DNA of 39,823 bases, taken from positions 1 through 39,823 of IMG/VR virus record IMGVR_UViG_3300024996_000021; one strand, 5' to 3'. Shown here piece after piece: positions 34,711 to 39,823 of the stretch (position 1 is its first letter; each line of letters begins with the position of its first letter). A program made the translations under genes and the position numbers. The stretch is from a virus (Duplodnaviria; Caudoviricetes). The notes below the pieces were generated by a model. It was not told where the DNA came from, did not search any database, and worked only from the letters and a program-made list of their open reading frames with translations.

Positions 34711-36549
34711 ATGATACGGAGGGCATTTCTATGCCTTCCTATTTTTTTTCTCTTTGGAATTGGAGTTGCAGATGGACAAATGATTCCGGGTGTGGTGGCA
34801 AGTTCAATACACGGAGTGCCTGACACGTCAATACTGACACTGAATTATGGAGGCACTTATAAAAGTGAACTATCGCTCAAATTCAACAAAGCCACCACAC
34901 TGACACTGAATGGTGGTACATGGGTAAGCACAGGAACAGCAACACGAACTTACACGGCTAATGTATTGGCTAAAGATTCAATCATTTACACGAATACTGT
35001 TTCGTTACAGATACCGTCTTTAGATGTTACAGAGATTGATGATAATATTAATAATCTTGATACGTCCTATCTTGATGTTAGCAGGTTGGTTAATTTGACT
35101 AAAATTCAATTCACATCAAGTAAAACAAAGATTTTAGGAAGTGTAGCCGGACTTACTTCACTGACGTTTCTGAGTGTGCAGGGCAGTAACACCCTAACAG
35201 GCTCAGTAGCTGGACTTACTTCACTGACGGCTCTGAGTGTGTGGGGCAGTAACACCCTCACCGGATCGGTGGCTGGACTTACTTCACTGACGAATCTGAG
35301 TGTGCAGGGCAGTAACACCCTAACAGGCTCAGTAGCTGGACTTACTTCACTGACGGCTCTGAGTGTGTGGGGCAACAACACCGTCACCGGATCGGTGGCC
35401 GGACTTACTTCACTGACGTATATGGGTGTGGGGGGCAGTAACACCCTAACAGGCTCAGTAGCTGGGCTTACTTCACTGACGAATCTGCTTGTGACGGGCA
35501 ACAACACCGTCACAATTGATTCAGTTGTGCAGATGAAAGGTCTTAGCTATCTGCAAACAAATTACCCCGTTAATGTGAATCAAATCCTTGCCGATTTTGT
35601 GGTTAATAAAGATCAACCTAAACCCAGAATAGACAGAAGCATATTACTTTCCGGCAACGCTGCCAACTATGCGACAGGTCAGGGGTTGACGGATGCAGCA
35701 TTTTTGAGGACATATAAGTCACCTAACAATACAGGCCCCGCAGTGTGGACAGTAACACTTGCACCGACACCGGTTGATACAAATGCAACAGCATTCAAAA
35801 CAGCGACCGGAATAACAGGTAGTGATGCAAATAACATTGATTCTTTAATTAAGATGCTAAAGGATTCATCCCTCTGGTCTTACGCTCAGGTGATTTACCC
35901 CCTCACGGGTGGAACATCGGCGAGCATGGCATATAACCTGAAAGATACATCCACATTTAAAATAGCATGGACAGGTACGGGAACATACTCTACATCTGGC
36001 TATACCTCTGGCAATGTTTCCAATTATGGTAACACAGGATGGATTCCGTCTGTTCAGGTAACTTCAAATCATCTTAGCTCAATGGGTGTTTATTCAAGGA
36101 CGGATTTTACAGGTACCTACGTTGACATAGGAGCACTATCAAATAATGGAGTAGATAACTACTTTCAGATTTATTCGAAGATGGGAACAACATCTTATAT
36201 GAATATGAATACCACCGGAGTCGGTCAATCGCAAACAAATTCATCTTCATCCAGAGGTTGGTTCTTTGCGAGCAGGAGCGAGAAAATAACATCCAATCAG
36301 GATACTTATACACAGATTGATGGCACTCAAATTCAGTCTGGAACATATACCTCTGGTAACGATGGAATAGTAACACTTCCTGTTTATCTGGGAACTCAGA
36401 ATAACAAAGGAACATCATCGTTTGCAAGTCCACGACAACTATCATTTGTGTGGCTTTCTAACCAACCACTCACAAGAGCACAGGGAGCAACGCTTTATCG
36501 TATTGTTCAAAAATATATGACACTCAGAGGAATTCAGGTAACAAATTAA
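34711..36549 (+). CDS. Signal-peptide protein with LRR block and C-terminal lectin/LamG-like domain (receptor-binding candidate)
   Basis: Hydrophobic leader ending ADG|Q; six 21-aa LRRs; start uncertain (34639-34711). Confidence 0.75.
   Translation: MIRRAFLCLPIFFLFGIGVADGQMIPGVVASSIHGVPDTSILTLNYGGTYKSELSLKFNKATTLTLNGGTWVSTGTATRTYTANVLAKDSIIYTNTVSLQIPSLDVTEIDDNINNLDTSYLDVSRLVNLTKIQFTSSKTKILGSVAGLTSLTFLSVQGSNTLTGSVAGLTSLTALSVWGSNTLTGSVAGLTSLTNLSVQGSNTLTGSVAGLTSLTALSVWGNNTVTGSVAGLTSLTYMGVGGSNTLTGSVAGLTSLTNLLVTGNNTVTIDSVVQMKGLSYLQTNYPVNVNQILADFVVNKDQPKPRIDRSILLSGNAANYATGQGLTDAAFLRTYKSPNNTGPAVWTVTLAPTPVDTNATAFKTATGITGSDANNIDSLIKMLKDSSLWSYAQVIYPLTGGTSASMAYNLKDTSTFKIAWTGTGTYSTSGYTSGNVSNYGNTGWIPSVQVTSNHLSSMGVYSRTDFTGTYVDIGALSNNGVDNYFQIYSKMGTTSYMNMNTTGVGQSQTNSSSSRGWFFASRSEKITSNQDTYTQIDGTQIQSGTYTSGNDGIVTLPVYLGTQNNKGTSSFASPRQLSFVWLSNQPLTRAQGATLYRIVQKYMTLRGIQVTN
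34718..34739. other. Hairpin with TTCT loop (copy 3)
   Basis: GGAGGGCAT-TTCT-ATGCCTTCC then TATTTTTTTTC. Confidence 0.55.
35137..35514 (+). repeat. Six tandem 63-bp coding repeats (GSVAGLTSLTxLxVxGxNTLT)
   Basis: Units start at 35137, 35200, 35263, 35326, 35389 and 35452. Confidence 0.95.
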
Positions 36550-36551
36550 AA

Positions 36552-39341
36552 ATGAAAAAACTCATCATAACATCCCTTTTCTTTGTAGCGACTACATTAT
36601 CTCTACAGGCGCAGACTGTCGGGAAGGCGGTAAAGGTTCCGACATTCAGTTCTTACGGAGAACCGATGTGGCTTCAACTTCCACAAGGATACACAACATC
36701 TATAAAGTATCCACTCCTTATATTTATTCATGGGGTTGGCGAGGCAAGCCCACACGCATGGAACGATCCTATCTATATGAACGGCGATGACCTTTATAAG
36801 ATTTATACGTCCACGACAGCGGGTGGTCCCTCTTATTTCCGTGAGCAAGGATGGAATGGGAAAGCGTATAATCCAGTTACGTTAGATTCTACGTCATTCA
36901 TTATTATTTCTCCACAGGCAACCGGCTCTGGATGGTTTAAAGCGACGGATATAAAATACTTCCTCAAATACATGGCTGCAAATTATTCGGTTGATACAAA
37001 CAGGATTTACTTTACAGGGCTATCCGCTGGTGGTAGTGCAGAAGTTGGTTATTTGATAGGCACTCACGATGTAACGAAAGCAGATAAACCATACCTTCCG
37101 GCAGCATGGGTTCCTATGAGTGAAGCCTATGGTACTTCATATCAATGGATGGCAGACAGCATCATGCACGATAGCATTCCTGCATGGGGCTTTGGAGATG
37201 CCTCTGGTGCCGATGTACATGGGAAAAACACAAAGGATTTGATGGATGAAATGAATAACGATGTTGCAGGCTATACAAGGTTCACTCAGTACTCTGGTGG
37301 TCATTGTTGCTGGGCTAACTTTTACATTCCGTCATATACAAGTACGATCTGGGGAGGTAATGCCATGAGCATTTATTCCTGGATGCTCACAAAATCACGA
37401 ACTCCACAGGCTCCAACGCCACAGCCACCGACAGTTAATGCAGGAACAGATCAAACACTTTCAGCGAGTGCTACTTCTACAAGTTTAACAGCCACTGCAA
37501 CACCATATTCAGGTACGACAATAACGGGCTATTCCTGGACACAGGTTTCGGGTTCGTCTGCAACAATAGTTTCTTCAACATCAGCAACAACAAGCATAAC
37601 AGGACTTACAACCGGAGTGTATGTTTTCAGGATGACAGTAACCCAATCAGATTCTAAAACTGCATTTGACGATGTACAGGTGACTATTCCTTCATCACCG
37701 GCACCAACTGTTAATGCAGGTACAGACCAGAATATAACACTAACGGCCACAACGGTGACAGGAACAGCAACGGCAGGAAGTGGAGCCACAATCACTTCTA
37801 CTTTGTGGACGCAAATTTCTGGTACAGCAGCTACAATAACTTCTCCGAGTAATCTATCTACAACAATAACAAACTTATCAAATGGTACTAACGTCTTTAG
37901 GCTTACTGCTACTCAAAGTGATGGTCAATCTACCTCAGATGATATTCAGGTTATCGTTAACGCTGATACTGGTAGTTGTGGCTGCACCTATACTCTTGAT
38001 CCAGCTACTCCTGACAGTGCAACCTACTGGAAATCTAAAGCCGCAACCGTCGCTCCAGGATCGGTTATCTGCCTCAAAGCGGGAAGGTTTAACCACCTCA
38101 ACTTTGACGGATTAAAGGGTACAAGGGAGAATCCTATTATCATAAAAAATTGCGGTGGGCTTGTGACAATATCTTCCGGCTTTACCTATATGTTTCGTGT
38201 GGTTAATTCCTCATGGGTAACGGTGGATGGAAGCGGTGATCCTAACGTATTTTATGGTATTCAAACGAAGGCATGGAACGGAACACTTACGAAGGCTCCA
38301 TTTAGCTTTAATGGTCATCTGACAGGAATTAAGATAAATAATGTTTGGGGTGATTCTACAACTGCATGGGGACTACAGATTAAGACAACCCCTTCGGATT
38401 TTGATTCCCTAACTTGGGCACCATACGGAACGATTCATGATGTAGTCGTAAGAGATACTAAGATGACGAATACAGGCAGTGAAGGATATTACATTGGTCA
38501 GACAGACGACAACAATCCTGTGAAGACCGTAACAACTGCCGGAGATACTATTACGATAAATGTTGATGGGGTGCAAATAGACACTCTCAACTTCTACAAC
38601 AATATCGCAATGAATACTCAATGGGATGGGATGCAGATTTCAGCAGCTAAATCTTTTGTGGTACATGATAATTTCATCAAAAACTATGGTATTGAGAATA
38701 CTTCTTCCCAGATGGACGGTTTCGTTTTGGGTGGTAAGTCTTATGGTGTTTTCTACCGTAACATCATTGATTCGGGGAACTCAACAGGAATACATCTGAT
38801 GGGTTATAACAATGGAGTACCTCCTACTTTGATTTACAATAACCTCGTTATCAATTCAGGATGGGATGGAATTAATGTTGATGACAGACCGAATGTAAAT
38901 AAGTACCTCAATCAGAAATATTATATTCTTAATAATACGATTGTCCATCCGGCAAGATATGGAGCTATCTTTGATAATTCAGGAGGAACGGTCGCACCAG
39001 GAAACAAATTCAATAATAACATCATCGCAGGGGCGGTAAATACACCAGTCGTGTTCGGATCATCAATATTACCTTCTTACGTTGATACGACAAACAATGC
39101 CATCTTCTCAACAGTAGCAGCGGCAAACTTTGTTGGTGGCGGTGATTATCATTTACAATCTTCATCTCAGGCATTCAACAAAACAGGATATAATCAGAGT
39201 GCAATATTTTTAGACGATTTAGATAAGAATTCAAGAAATGGTGCGTATGGAGTTGGAGCTTACAGGACGTTTATCCCATCGATTGTTCCTGTGATTATCA
39301 GGCAGTTCTTAATTTTAAAAGGTAAAATGATTTTTAAGTGA
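36552..39341 (+). CDS. Secreted multidomain protein: alpha/beta hydrolase + 2 PKD/Ig-like + right-handed beta-helix
   Basis: Signal peptide ending LQA|Q; LIFIHGVGE and GLSAGG; two PTVNAGTDQ...WTQ..G repeats; NN/DG-rich beta-helix. Confidence 0.85.
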   Translation: MKKLIITSLFFVATTLSLQAQTVGKAVKVPTFSSYGEPMWLQLPQGYTTSIKYPLLIFIHGVGEASPHAWNDPIYMNGDDLYKIYTSTTAGGPSYFREQGWNGKAYNPVTLDSTSFIIISPQATGSGWFKATDIKYFLKYMAANYSVDTNRIYFTGLSAGGSAEVGYLIGTHDVTKADKPYLPAAWVPMSEAYGTSYQWMADSIMHDSIPAWGFGDASGADVHGKNTKDLMDEMNNDVAGYTRFTQYSGGHCCWANFYIPSYTSTIWGGNAMSIYSWMLTKSRTPQAPTPQPPTVNAGTDQTLSASATSTSLTATATPYSGTTITGYSWTQVSGSSATIVSSTSATTSITGLTTGVYVFRMTVTQSDSKTAFDDVQVTIPSSPAPTVNAGTDQNITLTATTVTGTATAGSGATITSTLWTQISGTAATITSPSNLSTTITNLSNGTNVFRLTATQSDGQSTSDDIQVIVNADTGSCGCTYTLDPATPDSATYWKSKAATVAPGSVICLKAGRFNHLNFDGLKGTRENPIIIKNCGGLVTISSGFTYMFRVVNSSWVTVDGSGDPNVFYGIQTKAWNGTLTKAPFSFNGHLTGIKINNVWGDSTTAWGLQIKTTPSDFDSLTWAPYGTIHDVVVRDTKMTNTGSEGYYIGQTDDNNPVKTVTTAGDTITINVDGVQIDTLNFYNNIAMNTQWDGMQISAAKSFVVHDNFIKNYGIENTSSQMDGFVLGGKSYGVFYRNIIDSGNSTGIHLMGYNNGVPPTLIYNNLVINSGWDGINVDDRPNVNKYLNQKYYILNNTIVHPARYGAIFDNSGGTVAPGNKFNNNIIAGAVNTPVVFGSSILPSYVDTTNNAIFSTVAAANFVGGGDYHLQSSSQAFNKTGYNQSAIFLDDLDKNSRNGAYGVGAYRTFIPSIVPVIIRQFLILKGKMIFK

Positions 39342-39646
39342 GAATTTATCTTCAACTCATATCATTCTTTACCGCACTCTTTGTTTTCGTTGCAATCTCA
39401 ATACTTTATTTGTCCTCCTGCAACACACCATATCCTGCAACGAGAGCGCTTGATAAAATTACCGTTCAATACGATACCGACGCCGATACGATTTATATTC
39501 AATACTACAAAGACGGCACCTGGCATTGTGAATACCAGAATGGCATGAAAGGTACGATCCTAATAGACCAGAAATCAAACCTTTACAGACTGATGCTTGT
39601 TAAAGACATAGACACATCATATTCCAAAATCATTTATGTGCGATGA
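39338..39646 (+). CDS. Putative lipoprotein
   Basis: Hydrophobic leader with lipobox LSS|C; GTG start overlaps the previous stop. Confidence 0.6.
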   Translation: MRIYLQLISFFTALFVFVAISILYLSSCNTPYPATRALDKITVQYDTDADTIYIQYYKDGTWHCEYQNGMKGTILIDQKSNLYRLMLVKDIDTSYSKIIYVR

Positions 39647-39696
39647 AAATGGACGTTTCGTTTTAAAAAGCTGTACATTTCGTTTTGTCGATTATA
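39646..39696 (-). repeat. Right end: two tandem transposase-binding sites (39646-39664, 39673-39690)
   Basis: Reverse complements AAAACGAAACGTCCATTTT and CGACAAAACGAAATGTAC match the left-end sites. Confidence 0.88.
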
Positions 39697-39823
39697 CGCG
39701 GATAGATTTCAGGCATCTTGGCAAAGTGGATGCCCCATTCTTAACAGGTATGATAACGGAAAGGGACATTTAGCTATTTCAAAAAAGAGTTATTGGAATT
39801 TGAAGTAATCGATGAATTTAGTT

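Larger units (their letters stand above)
127..39696. mobile_element. Complete Mu-like transposable prophage/phage genome (contractile tail), Bacteroidota host
   Basis: DDE transposase + AAA ATPase, Mu-type portal/gpF/gpG/gp36, sheath/tube/baseplate genes; inverted AAAACGAAAYGTCCA repeats at both ends. Exact terminal bases are inferred. Confidence 0.93.

Noticed and set aside
35106-35513. Minus-strand repetitive 135-aa ORF
   Set aside because: Antisense shadow of the LRR repeats.
29565-39646. Complete DGR as in some Bacteroides transposable phages
   Set aside because: No reverse transcriptase ORF and no non-coding template repeat visible.
29565-39646. Mu-like invertible G segment
   Set aside because: No invertase gene, no oppositely oriented fibre genes, no flanking inverted repeats seen.
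39697-39823. Right (and left) flank as identifiable host genes
   Set aside because: Too short to assign.

Overview
The window is an apparently complete (~39.6 kb, approx. 127-39696) Mu-like transposable temperate myophage/prophage, with only ~126 nt of unrelated flanking DNA on each side. The host is very probably Bacteroidota, possibly Chitinophagaceae (TAnnTTTG promoters, AT-rich translation starts without Shine-Dalgarno sites). Gene order: left end with transposase-binding repeats; repressor/Ner switch; DDE transposase; two ATPases; early accessory genes; a leftward packaging/portal operon; a divergent capsid-lysin-contractile-tail operon; three large signal-peptide-bearing fibre/adhesin genes; right end. 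Best leads: (1) an integrase-less array of attC-like gene cassettes (8186-10103), with the hairpin upstream of each gene; (2) a -1 frameshift signal predicted to fuse the portal to a MuF-nuclease protein; (3) tail-fibre-type proteins with Sec signal peptides and many Bacteroidota O-glycosylation sequons; (4) two structured small-RNA candidates with their own promoters; (5) probable non-canonical TA...TA termini. All family assignments come from motif recognition and gene order, not database searches.
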